Positions 1-10,616 of a stretch of 64,000 nucleotides of DNA are shown here, piece by piece (positions within the stretch are counted from its first letter, which is position 1; every line of letters starts with the position of its first letter). The notes beneath the pieces were generated by a model that was given only the letters and a program-made list of their open reading frames with translations, searched no databases and was not told the DNA's origin. Origin of the DNA: an uncultured archaeon. GTDB taxonomy: Archaea > Halobacteriota > Archaeoglobi > Archaeoglobales > Archaeoglobaceae. Position numbers and translations under genes: made by a program. Location of the stretch: NCBI GenBank assembly GCA_964471215.1, contig CAYYFC010000001.1, forward strand, positions 1,615-65,614. Direction: 5' to 3'.

Positions 1-729
1 TATATCGAGATAGGACGTTATCTCATCCAAGAAGTAAAAGTCTGCATCTTTCATGAGACATCCGGCAATGGCCATTCTCTGAAGCTCTCCACCGCTTAAA
101 TCCCTAACATCTCTGTCCAAGCAATTCTTTAAATTTAGCCTTTCTACCATTTCATCCATTATTCCCAATTCATCCACCTTTTTAAGTAAATCCCTAACAG
201 TCTCCTTGTACACCCTCGGTATGGCCTCGATGTACTGTGGTTTAAGACTGACCCTAATTCTTCCATCTGCCAGATCCTTCATATAATTCAGTAGCTCAGT
301 TCCCGCAAATCTTTCGAATACCTCCTCCCAACTGGGTTCAACATCTCTGCCAAGATTTGGCCTTAGCTGACCTGTAAGAATCCTCACAGCAGTCGTCTTT
401 CCAGTACCATTCGGACCCAGAAGACCCACGACGTAGCCCTTTCTCGGAATCGGAAGGTTATATAAAATAAATCCGTTTTTTCCATACCTATGCACTTCTC
501 TACCTTTAAGTTCTACAGGCAGTCCGACAATTGATATCGCCTTAAACGGGCATTTTTTAACGCATATTCCACAGCCTACACAGAGTTCCTCTGAAATAAC
601 AGCTTTTTCGTTGATGACTATGGCTTCTGAACCAGTTCTTATCAACGGACAGTATTTCACACATTCATGTGAACACTTTTTCGGCTGACACCTTTCTCTA
701 TCGACCACAGCTATTCTCAACTTGGACAT
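1..729 (-). CDS. abce1: ABCE1 / RNase L inhibitor-type ABC ATPase (ribosome recycling factor), N-terminal part; the gene runs off the window start
   Basis: My own minus-strand translation from the ATG at 729-727 reads MSKLRIAVVDRERCQPKKCSHEC..., the N-terminal FeS Cys motifs. It continues with Walker A GLLGPNGTGKTT and the ABC signature LSGGELQR. The ORF is absent from the supplied track because it is truncated by the window edge. Confidence 0.85.
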   Translation of the reverse strand, partial: MSKLRIAVVDRERCQPKKCSHECVKYCPLIRTGSEAIVINEKAVISEELCVGCGICVKKCPFKAISIVGLPVELKGREVHRYGKNGFILYNLPIPRKGYVVGLLGPNGTGKTTAVRILTGQLRPNLGRDVEPSWEEVFERFAGTELLNYMKDLADGRIRVSLKPQYIEAIPRVYKETVRDLLKKVDELGIMDEMVERLNLKNCLDRDVRDLSGGELQRMAIAGCLMKDADFYFLDEITSYLDI

Positions 730-874
730 CCATGTCAACCCTTCATTCTTTTTTCCCACTTACCTAAACTGTTAATAATCTTTATTTTGAAGAATCAAAT
801 CGATAGCACGGTAATAAACTCGTTATAACGATTTATACCATCGATAACTCTCATAGTTTAAAAAAGTTTACGCG

Positions 875-1141
875 TCAGTAATTCAGGAGGATTGTCCAGG
901 TTATGTACCAAGATGAAAAAGTCATGAAACCTATGAGCGCCCAGTCCTTCGATTCCAAGCTAACCTTAAGCCTTGGCAGTATGAACTTGTTTAGGTATAT
1001 GAGGAAGACCAGTATTATTATACCCAGAGGATCTCTCTTCCTAATCTCTCCGCTGATAACAAACGACAGAATTCCAGCTATGCATCCCAGTAAAAGAGGT
1101 ATAAACGTCTTTAACAGTCCCTCCCTATACTCTTTCATCAT
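875..1141 (-). CDS. Small hydrophobic membrane protein of unknown function (about 88 aa counted from the internal Met)
   Basis: ORF 875..1216. The Met at 1141 lies directly after the thrS stop codon, and the protein from MMKEYREGLL contains 2-3 hydrophobic helices (IPLLLGCIAGILSFVI, IIILVFLIYL, IGFMTFSSWYITWTILL). The upstream 25 codons overlap thrS and are probably not translated. Confidence 0.45.
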   Translation of the reverse strand: MMKEYREGLLKTFIPLLLGCIAGILSFVISGEIRKRDPLGIIILVFLIYLNKFILPRLKVSLESKDWALIGFMTFSSWYITWTILLNY

Positions 1142-1142
1142 A

Positions 1143-3002
1143 TCACCCGAACACGGGTCTTTGCGATAGCAACATCGGTAAAGGTAGCTGCTTAAACGGT
1201 TTTCCCTCACACTCACTCCTAATCATGTTGACTAGTTCATCTACGCTCATTTTAACCCTTTTTGACTCCTTTATAGTCGATTCACGTCTAATCGTCACGG
1301 TTAAAAATCCACCTTTAATCTCCTCCTCCCCTATTACGGCTATGTACGGTATCCATTCGGTTGAAGCATCTCTTACCTTTTTAGCAAGTGTTTCATCCCT
1401 GTCGTCGACATCCACCCTTATGTTTCTCCTCCTTAAATCCTCGGCGATTTTAATCGCGTGATCGAGATATCTATCTGATACGGGTATTATCCTGACCTGG
1501 GTTGGTGATAGCCACGTGGGCAGCATAGGTAATAGACCTCTCTCCTTCTGCATGTATGCCTTTTCGAGTAAAGCGTACATGCATCTCTCTATCGCTCCGC
1601 TTATAGAACAATGCAGTATCAGAGGCCTTTTCTTCTCCCCCTTCTCATCTATATAGCTTATATCGTATCTCTCGGCATTTTCCACATCTATTTGAACTGT
1701 GGAAAGTGCTGAAGCCTTGTCGAGAGAATCTATAAAATTCGATTCAAACTTTACTATGAAGTAGAAGAATCTCTCATTCCACATCTCAACCAGTATCGGT
1801 TTCTTTAACACGTCAACTATGGAATACAGGAATTCCTTATTTTTTTCAAAGAAGTCTCTAGTAACCCTTACGGCAATTTCGTAATCTTCCGGTTCAAGTC
1901 CTATTTCTCTCAAAACCTCAATTGAAAGTTTGTACTGTTTCAGGAATTCTTCCTTTGCCTGCTCGAGATCTCTGACGATGGTGTGCATATCGGGCATCGT
2001 AAACGCTCTAAGCCTCCTCAGTCCCACTAGTTCACCTCTCTGCTCTTTTCTAAAAGAATACCTCGTCAGTTCGTAAAGTTTTAGAGGTAAGTTCCTGTAG
2101 GTTATTACGGCATCATGGGTAATCAGGAACTGCCCGAAGCAGGCTGCAAATCGCAAAAAGAATTCTCTCTTATCTCCGCTCAATAGGTACTGCCTCGCCG
2201 GAAATCTTTCAAGGTATCTCCTCAGCGACGGGTGGGATCTATCATACATTATGGGTGTCTCGAGCTCCATCGCACCGTATTCTATGCACTTCATAGTTAT
2301 GAACTCCTCGAGAAGACTTTTTATCAGCCTTCCCTTTGGATAATACCTCAAATGCCCAGAATCCGATGCCGGTTCGTAATCTGCTATCTGTAATCTCTTC
2401 ATGTATTCCACATGAGGTGGAATTCTGTCAACAAACCTTCTCTTAGAAATCTCGTAGTTGACAAATTTTTTCAGGTTTTCGTGATTTTTGAAATCGAATT
2501 TATCAACCTCTATCAGTTCTCTATCCGGTGTCAGGATGTACCAGTAACTCCTGACCTTTTGTTCAGCTCTTAAAGCTTCCGTTATCTCTCTATCTTCTTC
2601 CGCCTTAATCTCTCTAGATAACTCGCTTAACGGATGACCTTTGCACGATATCTTGAACGATTTATACCAGCCGAACGGTGCCCTATGAACTTCGAAGGAA
2701 TCCTTGAGCTTTTGTTCAAGATCTCTTAAAACGGATATTGCCGTATCGGAATCCGCTAGATTTGACGAAAGATGTGCATAGGGGTATATCACTATCCTCT
2801 CAGCCTTAACCTTTCTAGCAATATCCCTTATCTCATCAACGGCCTTATCCGTAACCTCTTCGTTATCACCCCTTTCAACTGCCGTAAAAACGACTAAAGC
2901 CTCATCAACTCTTTTACGTTTTTCCTTATATTCTTCGGCAACCTTAGTCTTCTTCTTTACCTCATATTCGATATAATCAGCATGAATAAATAGGAGTTTC
3001 AT
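1143..3002 (-). CDS. thrS: Threonyl-tRNA synthetase, archaeal type with an N-terminal editing domain
   Basis: The 625-aa ORF starts plausibly at [15 protein letters not shown], an archaeal ThrRS editing-domain start. It has a class II core ([24 protein letters not shown]) and a C-terminal anticodon-binding domain ([23 protein letters not shown]). Confidence 0.9.
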   Translation of the reverse strand: MKLLFIHADYIEYEVKKKTKVAEEYKEKRKRVDEALVVFTAVERGDNEEVTDKAVDEIRDIARKVKAERIVIYPYAHLSSNLADSDTAISVLRDLEQKLKDSFEVHRAPFGWYKSFKISCKGHPLSELSREIKAEEDREITEALRAEQKVRSYWYILTPDRELIEVDKFDFKNHENLKKFVNYEISKRRFVDRIPPHVEYMKRLQIADYEPASDSGHLRYYPKGRLIKSLLEEFITMKCIEYGAMELETPIMYDRSHPSLRRYLERFPARQYLLSGDKREFFLRFAACFGQFLITHDAVITYRNLPLKLYELTRYSFRKEQRGELVGLRRLRAFTMPDMHTIVRDLEQAKEEFLKQYKLSIEVLREIGLEPEDYEIAVRVTRDFFEKNKEFLYSIVDVLKKPILVEMWNERFFYFIVKFESNFIDSLDKASALSTVQIDVENAERYDISYIDEKGEKKRPLILHCSISGAIERCMYALLEKAYMQKERGLLPMLPTWLSPTQVRIIPVSDRYLDHAIKIAEDLRRRNIRVDVDDRDETLAKKVRDASTEWIPYIAVIGEEEIKGGFLTVTIRRESTIKESKRVKMSVDELVNMIRSECEGKPFKQLPLPMLLSQRPVFG

Positions 3003-3073
3003 GAAAAACAAGAAATCCAATTGACTTTAAACTTTTCCATAACTATTTATTTAGTGCTGTGATTTTTCATTTT

Positions 3074-3595
3074 ATGAAAGAATGTCTGGAAACGATATTT
3101 AGTAGGGTCTCTATTAGAAAATTCAAGCCTGATCCAATTCCGGATGAAGTTATAATCGAGATACTGAAAGCAGGAAATGCGGCGCCATCTGCGGGCAATC
3201 TGCAGGCAAGGGATTTCATAGTTGTAAAGGATAAAAACACGAAGAGAAGACTTGCCAGAGCGGCGTTAAATCAGATGTTTATAGCCGAAGCACCTGTTGT
3301 AATCGTCGTATGCGCGAATTATCCGAGAAGTATGAGGGTATACGGTGAAAGGGGAAAGCTTTATGCTGAACAGGATGCCACAGCCGCTATAGAGAACATA
3401 CTTCTCGCAGTGCACATGCTAGGTCTGGGTGCGGTCTGGGTGGGAGCGTTTGATGAGGCTGAGGTCTCAGATGTACTGGGAATTCCCAGCTACGCCAGAC
3501 CTATGGCAATAGTCCCGATAGGACATCCGGCAGAAAGACCTAGGAAAAGAGAAAGGTATCCGATCGAGTACCTTACTCACTGGGAGAAGTGGTAG
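3074..3595 (+). CDS. Nitroreductase-family flavoprotein
   Basis: Translation [41 protein letters not shown] is the typical nitroreductase fold signature. The ORF opens with GTG at 3059; the first ATG is at 3074. Confidence 0.75.
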   Translation: MKECLETIFSRVSIRKFKPDPIPDEVIIEILKAGNAAPSAGNLQARDFIVVKDKNTKRRLARAALNQMFIAEAPVVIVVCANYPRSMRVYGERGKLYAEQDATAAIENILLAVHMLGLGAVWVGAFDEAEVSDVLGIPSYARPMAIVPIGHPAERPRKRERYPIEYLTHWEKW

Positions 3596-3798
3596 TTTTG
3601 AATTTAACGTAAATCGATGCAAGTTATTTGCGTAAGTATAAAACCTGCGTATTTATATTTATAATTTCTCCCATTAGCGTTCCGTCAGGCATGTTTTTGC
3701 TTTAACAGTATATCATATTGCTCATGGTATCTATTCCTTAACCGTTCACATCTGATGACGTTAGAGAACGGATCTCTGTGAAAAATAGATTTCTTAAG

Positions 3799-3882
3799 TG
3801 CGGGGGGTGGGATTTGAACCCACGAACCCCTACGGGACCGGACCCTCAATCCGGCGCCTTTTCCTGACTCGGCAACCCCCGC
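3799..3882 (-). tRNA. tRNA-Leu (anticodon GAG), long variable arm, no encoded CCA
   Basis: The reverse complement folds as a cloverleaf: acceptor GCGGGGG/CCCCCGC+A, anticodon stem CCGGA/TCCGG with loop TTGAGGG, variable arm TCCCGTAGGGGTTC, T arm GTGGG-TTCAAAT-CCCAC. The segment is GC-rich within AT-rich flanks. Confidence 0.9.
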
Positions 3883-3912
3883 TCAGATGTCTTATAGACA
3901 TTAAGATATAAG

Positions 3913-3943
3913 AGGTTTTTGTTCGAGTGTGCTAACAAAACCT
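3913..3943. promoter_or_regulatory. Imperfect inverted repeat in the thiC promoter region (possible operator)
   Basis: AGGTTTTTGTT (3913-3923) and AACAAAACCT (3934-3943) form a 10-bp stem with one bulge. The repeat lies about 60 nt upstream of the thiC ATG and just upstream of a TATA-like TATTTAATTA. Confidence 0.25.
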
Positions 3944-4003
3944 ATTTATGGACGTATTTAATTAGCAACAAATTATTTAACATGTGTGCCAATTCCTTCC
4001 TTA

Positions 4004-5281
4004 ATGGAAACGTTAATGGAGATGGCAAAAAAAGGTGAGGCCCCGGAATGGCTCAAAGAAGTTTCAAAAAATGAAAAAATAGACCTTGAGGAACTTCTAA
4101 GGTTAATAGCAAGAGGAGAGGTTGTTGTACCAAAAAACGTTAATAGAGAGATAAGAAAACCAAAGGCGATAGGTAGGTACGTGACAACAAAGATAAACGC
4201 AAATGTAGGGACATCCATAGATTACATAAACGTAGATGAAGAGGTTGAAAAGGCTTTAATAGCCCAGAAATACGGTGCGGATGCAATAATGGATCTATCG
4301 ACCGCCGGCGATCTCGATTACATAAGAAGGAGGATAATGGATGTAGTTGAAGTTCCGTTCGGAACAGTTCCTATATATCAGTCCGCGAGGATGAAGAAGA
4401 TAGTTGTGGACATGGACGAAGACGATTTTTTTAAATCGGTGGAAAAGCACGCAAAGGACGGAGTAGACTTCATGACAATCCATGCAGGAGTTAACTGGAT
4501 TACTGTTGAGAGATTGAAAAGATCCAATAGGTTGCTGGGAGTTGTTAGTAGAGGAGGGGCGATAATAGTGGGTTGGATGCTCCACAATGAGATGGAAAAC
4601 CCGTACTATAAGCACTTCGATTATCTGCTCGAAATCTTAAAGGAATATGATGTGACTGTAAGTTTGGGTGATGCATTCAGGCCGGGCTGCATTTACGATG
4701 CTGATAGGGTTAAATACGAGGAATACATAATTCTCGGTGAACTTGTTGAAAAATGTAGAGATGCAGGGGTTCAATGCATAGTTGAAGGGCCCGGTCACAT
4801 GCCTATCGACGAAATAGAGAGTTCTGTGAAGACTATGAAGATCGTTACAAAAAACGCACCTCTCTACCTTCTGGGACCTCTCGTCACGGATATAGCATTG
4901 GGATACGATCACGTCGCCTCAGCGATAGGTGCCGCCGTAGCTGGAATGGCAGGTGCAGATTTCATATGCTATGTAACACCCGCGGAGCATCTGGCATTAC
5001 CGAGCGTTGAAGATGTCAAGGAAGGAGTTATAGTGACAAAGATTGCGGCGCACGTAATAGATCTCGTTAAGGAGGGTGTTAGGGAGAGGGCTAGAAAAGT
5101 AGATTACGAAATGTCTCTGGCAAGAAAGAATTTTAACTGGAAAAAACAGTTCGAGATTGCGATAAATTCTGAAAAGGCAAGAGAAATTTGGAAAAAGAGG
5201 AGGTCTAGATTTGCCTGCTCGATGTGCGGAGATCTGTGTGCAATAAAGTTGATTGAAAGGGCTCTAAAGGAGAAAAATTAG
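4004..5281 (+). CDS. thiC: Phosphomethylpyrimidine synthase ThiC (radical SAM)
   Basis: Strong ThiC-like translation (TKINANVGTS, DAIMDLSTAGD, VEGPGHMPIDEI, C-terminal Cys cluster CSMCGDLC). The ORF opens at GTG 3986; the ATG at 4004 (METLMEMAKKG) is the likelier start. Confidence 0.9.
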   Translation: METLMEMAKKGEAPEWLKEVSKNEKIDLEELLRLIARGEVVVPKNVNREIRKPKAIGRYVTTKINANVGTSIDYINVDEEVEKALIAQKYGADAIMDLSTAGDLDYIRRRIMDVVEVPFGTVPIYQSARMKKIVVDMDEDDFFKSVEKHAKDGVDFMTIHAGVNWITVERLKRSNRLLGVVSRGGAIIVGWMLHNEMENPYYKHFDYLLEILKEYDVTVSLGDAFRPGCIYDADRVKYEEYIILGELVEKCRDAGVQCIVEGPGHMPIDEIESSVKTMKIVTKNAPLYLLGPLVTDIALGYDHVASAIGAAVAGMAGADFICYVTPAEHLALPSVEDVKEGVIVTKIAAHVIDLVKEGVRERARKVDYEMSLARKNFNWKKQFEIAINSEKAREIWKKRRSRFACSMCGDLCAIKLIERALKEKN

Positions 5282-7254
5282 ATATTGATTATTTCTCCCG
5301 TTCTTTCAGTTATCTTAATACCGGGCAACCTTCTTTCAACTTCTCTCCTGAAATCATCCGATTTTAGAACTTCCAAAAATAACTTAACAGATTCCTTCTC
5401 GAGTCTATCCCTTCTGATCACAAAATCGTATTCTTCAGATCTTATAGGAATGAAATCCAATCCGTATCTATCGGCAACCGTTTTTATGCCAACGCCAACA
5501 TCAGCTTTTCCCATAAGAACTGCAACTGCCACCGCTGTATGCGTTTTTGCTTCAACGTCATATCCCCTTATCCTTCTCTTTAAAACGTCGAAATCAACTC
5601 CTTTTTCTTCCGCTATCTTTTTTAAATTCATGTCTATCAGAACCCTTGTTCCTGAGCCCTTGTTTCTGTTTATGAAAGTTATGTCATCCCTTAACAGATC
5701 CTCAAACCCCTCTACATTCTTGGGATTGTTCTTTCTAACTATAAACCCCTGTTCTCTCTCGTAACCCTTTACTATTACAGCCTGACCTCTCAAACCATAC
5801 TTCACTACAAATGGTACGTTGTATTCGTTTGTTTCTTCATCTAACAAATGTGTACCAGCTATGTCAGCCTCTCCTCTTTTTATGGCAGAAATACCATTCG
5901 TGGATCCAACATTTATCGTTTTTACACTTAAAGGCTTTCTTTTACATAGGATCTCAAGCAGTAAATCAATTCCGACACAATGACTTCCTATTATAACGAG
6001 ATCAGCCAATTTTAGATCTCCGAAGAGATGAACGAGGACTTCTTCTCCCTCCTCAATGAACATCCTTTCCTCCGGAATTTCTATAAATCCATCAGCCTTG
6101 ATCAATGCCGATACCGATCCAGAATAATCCGTGAACGGATACGCCATTAGTTCCTTTCCTTTAACAAGGCTGACGGGCATGAGTTCCCTCCTTCCCACCT
6201 CTGAAAAAATCCTTATCGGAGCTTTTGCCTTAACCTTTCTTAATTCCCTTTTATCTACACCGGCCAATCTCCTTATTAGAGGTGCGACGAACAGCTCGAA
6301 TATCATCATAGCGGACACGGGATATCCAGGCAGCCCGAATATGATCTTATTCTTTTCATCCCAGAAAGATAAGGCGATAACAGTCGGTTTTCCAGGTTTT
6401 ACTGCTATCCCGTGAATTAATATCCTACCGAACTCCTCCAGAATTCTGTATATCATATCACCGACTCCTGCCGATGTTCCGCCCGATACGACAACTATAT
6501 CTGCAATTTTTAATCCTTCAACTATCTTTTTTCTAATCTCTTCCTCGTTATCTCTCGCTATTCCAAGAAGTACGGGTATTCCACCGTTTTCTATTACGCC
6601 TGAGTATATTACGTAACTGTTTACATCGTATATCTTCCCTATCTCAAGTTTTTCCCCCGGATCTTTTAATTCGTTTCCAGTTGAAATAATCGCAACAACG
6701 GGCTTCTTAAATACCCTCACCCTATTTATCCCCACAGATGCCAGAATTCCTATCTCTTTTGACGTTAAAATCGTACCCTTTCTTAGCAGGAGCTCTCCCG
6801 CCATTATATCAGATCCGGCAGAGGATATATTTGTCATTGGTGGAACCGATTTGTATACGAAAACGTTTCCTTTTTCGTCCATACTCGTGTACTCGACCAT
6901 TACCACGGCGTTTGCACCTTTTGGAATTAACGCTCCCGTTGAGATTTCTGCAGCTTCACCACTTCTTACTTCAATATCGGGTATTTGTCCAGCCTCAACT
7001 CTTCCGATAACCTTCAAGACTACGGGATTGTCCTCCTTTGCATCGAATGTGTCCTCCGCTTTAACGGCAAATCCGTCCATCATTGCCCTGTCAAAGGGTG
7101 GGAGATCTATCGATGAATATACGTCTTCGGCAAGAACCCTTCCGTAAGCCTCGGTTATGCCCACATATTCAACCTCGCATTTCAATTCAATACCGGATAG
7201 TATCCTCTCGGCTTCCTCAACAGATACAAGAGATCTGAATATCTTTCTCTTCAT
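5278..7254 (-). CDS. moeA: MoeA-type molybdopterin molybdenum/tungsten transferase fused to a C-terminal periplasmic-binding-protein-like (molybdate/tungstate-binding-like) domain
   Basis: 658 aa. The N-terminal ~400 aa are MoeA-like (PPFDRAMMDGFAV, ISTGNEL, VVVSGGTSAGVGD, GLPGYPVS). The C-terminal ~240 aa resemble a substrate-binding domain (INVGSTNGISAIKRGEADIAGTHL). Confidence 0.8.
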   Translation of the reverse strand: MKRKIFRSLVSVEEAERILSGIELKCEVEYVGITEAYGRVLAEDVYSSIDLPPFDRAMMDGFAVKAEDTFDAKEDNPVVLKVIGRVEAGQIPDIEVRSGEAAEISTGALIPKGANAVVMVEYTSMDEKGNVFVYKSVPPMTNISSAGSDIMAGELLLRKGTILTSKEIGILASVGINRVRVFKKPVVAIISTGNELKDPGEKLEIGKIYDVNSYVIYSGVIENGGIPVLLGIARDNEEEIRKKIVEGLKIADIVVVSGGTSAGVGDMIYRILEEFGRILIHGIAVKPGKPTVIALSFWDEKNKIIFGLPGYPVSAMMIFELFVAPLIRRLAGVDKRELRKVKAKAPIRIFSEVGRRELMPVSLVKGKELMAYPFTDYSGSVSALIKADGFIEIPEERMFIEEGEEVLVHLFGDLKLADLVIIGSHCVGIDLLLEILCKRKPLSVKTINVGSTNGISAIKRGEADIAGTHLLDEETNEYNVPFVVKYGLRGQAVIVKGYEREQGFIVRKNNPKNVEGFEDLLRDDITFINRNKGSGTRVLIDMNLKKIAEEKGVDFDVLKRRIRGYDVEAKTHTAVAVAVLMGKADVGVGIKTVADRYGLDFIPIRSEEYDFVIRRDRLEKESVKLFLEVLKSDDFRREVERRLPGIKITERTGEIINI

Positions 7255-7324
7255 GTTATCAGATCCCCGCTAGATGTTATGACATTGATCAAATAAACTT
7301 TTATACAGCGTATAGAGTTTAGAT

Positions 7325-8497
7325 GTGGATCAATCTTTAGCACTGCTGATATCCATAGCGTTAATTCTGATACTGCTGAAATTCAGAATAGACATAGGAA
7401 TTTCGATATTTATAGGATCTATGACTCTGGGATTTTTAACGATAGGATCTGATACATTTAGCAGATTCGTAGGCGTCATAATCTCGATTGATACGATAAA
7501 ACTCATGGCTATTTTTCTGCTTGCCTTTACGCTTGCATACTCCATGCAGGAGTTAAGCTTGCTCGACGAATTCAGCAACTCGGTATTGTCCATATTCGGA
7601 AGGTCCAGCACATTTATAATTCCCGCTCTGGTAGGTCTTCTGCCCATGCCAGGTGGGGCAATAGTTTCGGCCGTTATGTTAAGGAACATAGTTAGTACGT
7701 TTAAAATCAGAGCGGAAGATGTAACGTATCTAAATTACTGGTTCAGACATGTATGGGCTACGATAGATCCGATATATCCCAGCGTGATAATAGCACTGGC
7801 AGTTTTGGAGATAAGCTATCTGGATCTACTGAAATCGACTTATCTGATAACTATTGCCATGATCGTATCCGGATCAATGTTTATCAGAAGGTTTTTGGGA
7901 AAACATAGGGGCGACAGGAGACTGTTCGGTCTGATATATCTATATCCGATTTTATCAGTTATATTACTAACTGTTTCGGGAATATACATACTCTACTCCC
8001 TTCTCATTTCAATAGCAATCCTATACATTCACAGGAGACCCGGATTTGACAGGTTAAAGGTTATAGCGGGGAAGGTCTTCAACGTAAAGATGATGATACT
8101 TGTGCTTGGTCTTCTTTTCTATAAAGATCTCATAAACTACACGAATTCAGCCCTTAGACTTCTTTTAAATTTAAGCATGCTTAACATACCTCTTTCTCTG
8201 ATAGCTTTTATCATGTCCTTCCTGATAGGATTTGCAACGGGTATCGAAACGGGATATTCCGCAATAGCTCTACCCATTCTATCGCCTTTTATAGGAACGG
8301 GAGACGATATGATACCAAAAAACTTAATGCTTGTATTCGGTGCAGGATTGCTGGGAGTTATGATGTCCCCTCTGCATCTGTGCCTAATATTAACAACAGA
8401 ATACTATTCTGCCGATTTGGGCAAGGTTTACAGGCGTCTAATACCATCAGGTGTCGTGCTTATGCTTATTATCTGCATTTTATACGTCATTGCATAG
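7325..8497 (+). CDS. Polytopic membrane protein, DUF401-like putative transporter
   Basis: 390 aa, with about 10 or more hydrophobic segments throughout and a GTG start. The family assignment is from memory of DUF401-type proteins and is not verified. Confidence 0.5.
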   Translation: MDQSLALLISIALILILLKFRIDIGISIFIGSMTLGFLTIGSDTFSRFVGVIISIDTIKLMAIFLLAFTLAYSMQELSLLDEFSNSVLSIFGRSSTFIIPALVGLLPMPGGAIVSAVMLRNIVSTFKIRAEDVTYLNYWFRHVWATIDPIYPSVIIALAVLEISYLDLLKSTYLITIAMIVSGSMFIRRFLGKHRGDRRLFGLIYLYPILSVILLTVSGIYILYSLLISIAILYIHRRPGFDRLKVIAGKVFNVKMMILVLGLLFYKDLINYTNSALRLLLNLSMLNIPLSLIAFIMSFLIGFATGIETGYSAIALPILSPFIGTGDDMIPKNLMLVFGAGLLGVMMSPLHLCLILTTEYYSADLGKVYRRLIPSGVVLMLIICILYVIA

Positions 8498-8548
8498 ATC
8501 TTGTTAACCGATTGCAACCTTTATATATCTTTTGATAAAATCGTTTCA

Positions 8549-9718
8549 ATGCTTATTGAATTGCCGAAACATACAGAGATATTCGGATGTATTAAGATTC
8601 ACGAGGTTCAAAAAGTTTTAAAGCTAGAGTCAAAGAGGTTTGAAACCCCATTATTGAGGGGTATTTCGAAAGACGAAATCGACGACATGCTTTACCGTTT
8701 AACCGTTATAATTCCCGTAAAGGATGAGAAAATGCATCTGTTAGATGGTGTTCTGAAATCGATACCGCAGGGTTGCAACATAGTCATAGTTTCGAACAGT
8801 CAAAGGGAGGAAAAGGATATATTCAGGATGGAGTGCGACCTTATAACGAACTTCTACAAGGTTACAAGACATCCAACCATTTTAATTCATCAGAAGGATC
8901 CCGGGGTTGCTCTGGCATTTAAGGAAGTTGGATACGAAAAGATACTGGATAAGGATGGACTCGTTAGGGATGGTAAGGGAGAGGGTATGATAATTGGTAT
9001 GCTTCTTGCGAAAATACTTGGAAGCGAATACGTAGGATTTACAGATGCCGATAACTACATTCCATGTTCTGTAAACGAGTATATAAGGATTTACGCAAGC
9101 GGATTTTGCATTTCAAATTCCCCTTATACGATGATAAGACTTCACTGGAGATACAAGCCGAAGGTAATGGGTGAAAGGCTTTACTTCAAGAAGTGGGGTA
9201 GGGTTTCCGAAATAACAAACAAGTATCTGAATATGCTCCTGTCATTCCAGACGGGATTTGAAACTCATATAATAAAAACGGGGAATGCTGGAGAGCATGC
9301 AATGTCGATAAAGCTCGCAGATGTCATGGCTTACTCAACTGGATACTCTATAGAGCCCTATCACTTCATATACCTATTTGAGGAATTCTGGAAAGGTGAA
9401 ACAAAGTACAGAGAGGCTGTAAGTTCTGGAATAGAGATATATCAGGTTGAAACGTTAAATCCACACGTTCATGAGGAGAGGGGGGAGGAACACATAAAGG
9501 AGATGCTTTTGGAATCTCTATCAACTATATACCACAGCAGACTATCGAACGAGGATATAAGGTTAAAGATAATTGAGGAATTAAAGAGCAACGACGTTAT
9601 AAGGAGGAGAAACGAGGTTAAGAAGAACATAATCATGCCTCCTCTGGAATGTATAGACATGAACAAGTTCATAAGAGTTCTCGAGGATTATTCAGAAACG
9701 CTTATAAGGTTTGATTAA
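8549..9718 (+). CDS. mpgS: Mannosyl-3-phosphoglycerate synthase (GT55)
   Basis: From Met17 the protein reads MLIELPKHTEIFGCIKIHEVQKV..., closely resembling the Pyrococcus MPGS N-terminus as I remember it. Its length (about 390 aa) and its position next to a HAD phosphatase fit the two-step mannosylglycerate pathway. Confidence 0.8.
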   Translation: MLIELPKHTEIFGCIKIHEVQKVLKLESKRFETPLLRGISKDEIDDMLYRLTVIIPVKDEKMHLLDGVLKSIPQGCNIVIVSNSQREEKDIFRMECDLITNFYKVTRHPTILIHQKDPGVALAFKEVGYEKILDKDGLVRDGKGEGMIIGMLLAKILGSEYVGFTDADNYIPCSVNEYIRIYASGFCISNSPYTMIRLHWRYKPKVMGERLYFKKWGRVSEITNKYLNMLLSFQTGFETHIIKTGNAGEHAMSIKLADVMAYSTGYSIEPYHFIYLFEEFWKGETKYREAVSSGIEIYQVETLNPHVHEERGEEHIKEMLLESLSTIYHSRLSNEDIRLKIIEELKSNDVIRRRNEVKKNIIMPPLECIDMNKFIRVLEDYSETLIRFD

Positions 9719-9729
9719 ATCCGGTATAT

Positions 9730-10512
9730 ATGTACGTAATATTCACAGATCTTGACGGAACTCTACTGGATGAGAACTATTCTTATAAAGGAGCGGAATC
9801 TGTATTGAAAAAATTAAAAGATTTGAAAATACCTGTTATATTTTGCTCTGCAAAAACAAGGGCAGAACAGGAAGTTATAAGGAGAGATATGGGGATAAAC
9901 GATCCGTTTATAGTTGAGGATGGATCCGCAATTTATATACCAAAGGGTTATTTCGGAAAGAGAAAGGGTGAGGTCGTGGACGATTACGAAGTTTTGATAC
10001 TGGGTGTAAGGTATGAGGTGATAGTTGAAAAGATAAAGGAGCTTCGTAAGAGATATGATATAAAGAGCTATTACTTCATGAGCGATGAAGAAGTTGCGGA
10101 GGTAACGGGGCTTGACTTAAATTCTGCAAGACTTGCGAAAGCCAGAGAATTTAGTGAAACCGTTGTTAAAGCTGATAAGGAGGCGATAGAGGAATTAAAA
10201 AAGCATTTCAACGTTCTGATAGGTGGCAGGTTCATACACGTGTACGGGAAGGAAGCCGATAAGGGTAAAGCTGTGAGAATTCTGACTGAAATGTACAGGG
10301 AGATATACGGCGATGTCATAACGGTAGGAATCGGTAATTCTTATACAGATGAACCCCTTCTCAAATCCGTTGACATACCTGCTCTTGTTAAGAATCCCGA
10401 TGGTAAATGGGTTGATCTTGATCTGAAAAACGTATATAAGGCCGATGGTATAGCAACGGATGGATGGTCTGAGGTCATAGAGAAATTCGTACTGAGCAGC
10501 AGTCACACCTGA
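9730..10512 (+). CDS. mpgP: Mannosyl-3-phosphoglycerate phosphatase (HAD superfamily, Cof-type)
   Basis: It has the HAD motif I FTDLDGTLLD at the N-terminus and GDSxxD-like GNSYTDEPLL near the C-terminus, and lies immediately downstream of mpgS. Confidence 0.8.
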   Translation: MYVIFTDLDGTLLDENYSYKGAESVLKKLKDLKIPVIFCSAKTRAEQEVIRRDMGINDPFIVEDGSAIYIPKGYFGKRKGEVVDDYEVLILGVRYEVIVEKIKELRKRYDIKSYYFMSDEEVAEVTGLDLNSARLAKAREFSETVVKADKEAIEELKKHFNVLIGGRFIHVYGKEADKGKAVRILTEMYREIYGDVITVGIGNSYTDEPLLKSVDIPALVKNPDGKWVDLDLKNVYKADGIATDGWSEVIEKFVLSSSHT

Positions 10513-10616
10513 TCAAATCGCGAAAAGATTATTCAAAAGTATTTCTATAATTTCAACAAAAGATTTAAAAATTATCATGCCAAAAGTTTTTCAGCCCTGC
10601 GCTTTGAGGTGATTGT

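Noticed and set aside
903-1461. Plus-strand ORFs 903..1169 and 1225..1461
   Set aside because: They are antisense to the small membrane ORF and to the thrS C-terminus, and have no start context or motifs.
3883-4003. A possible TPP riboswitch upstream of thiC
   Set aside because: I could not find the conserved TPP aptamer core (CUGAGA and the pyrimidine-sensor helix) on the plus strand, and the region is too short and too AT-rich.
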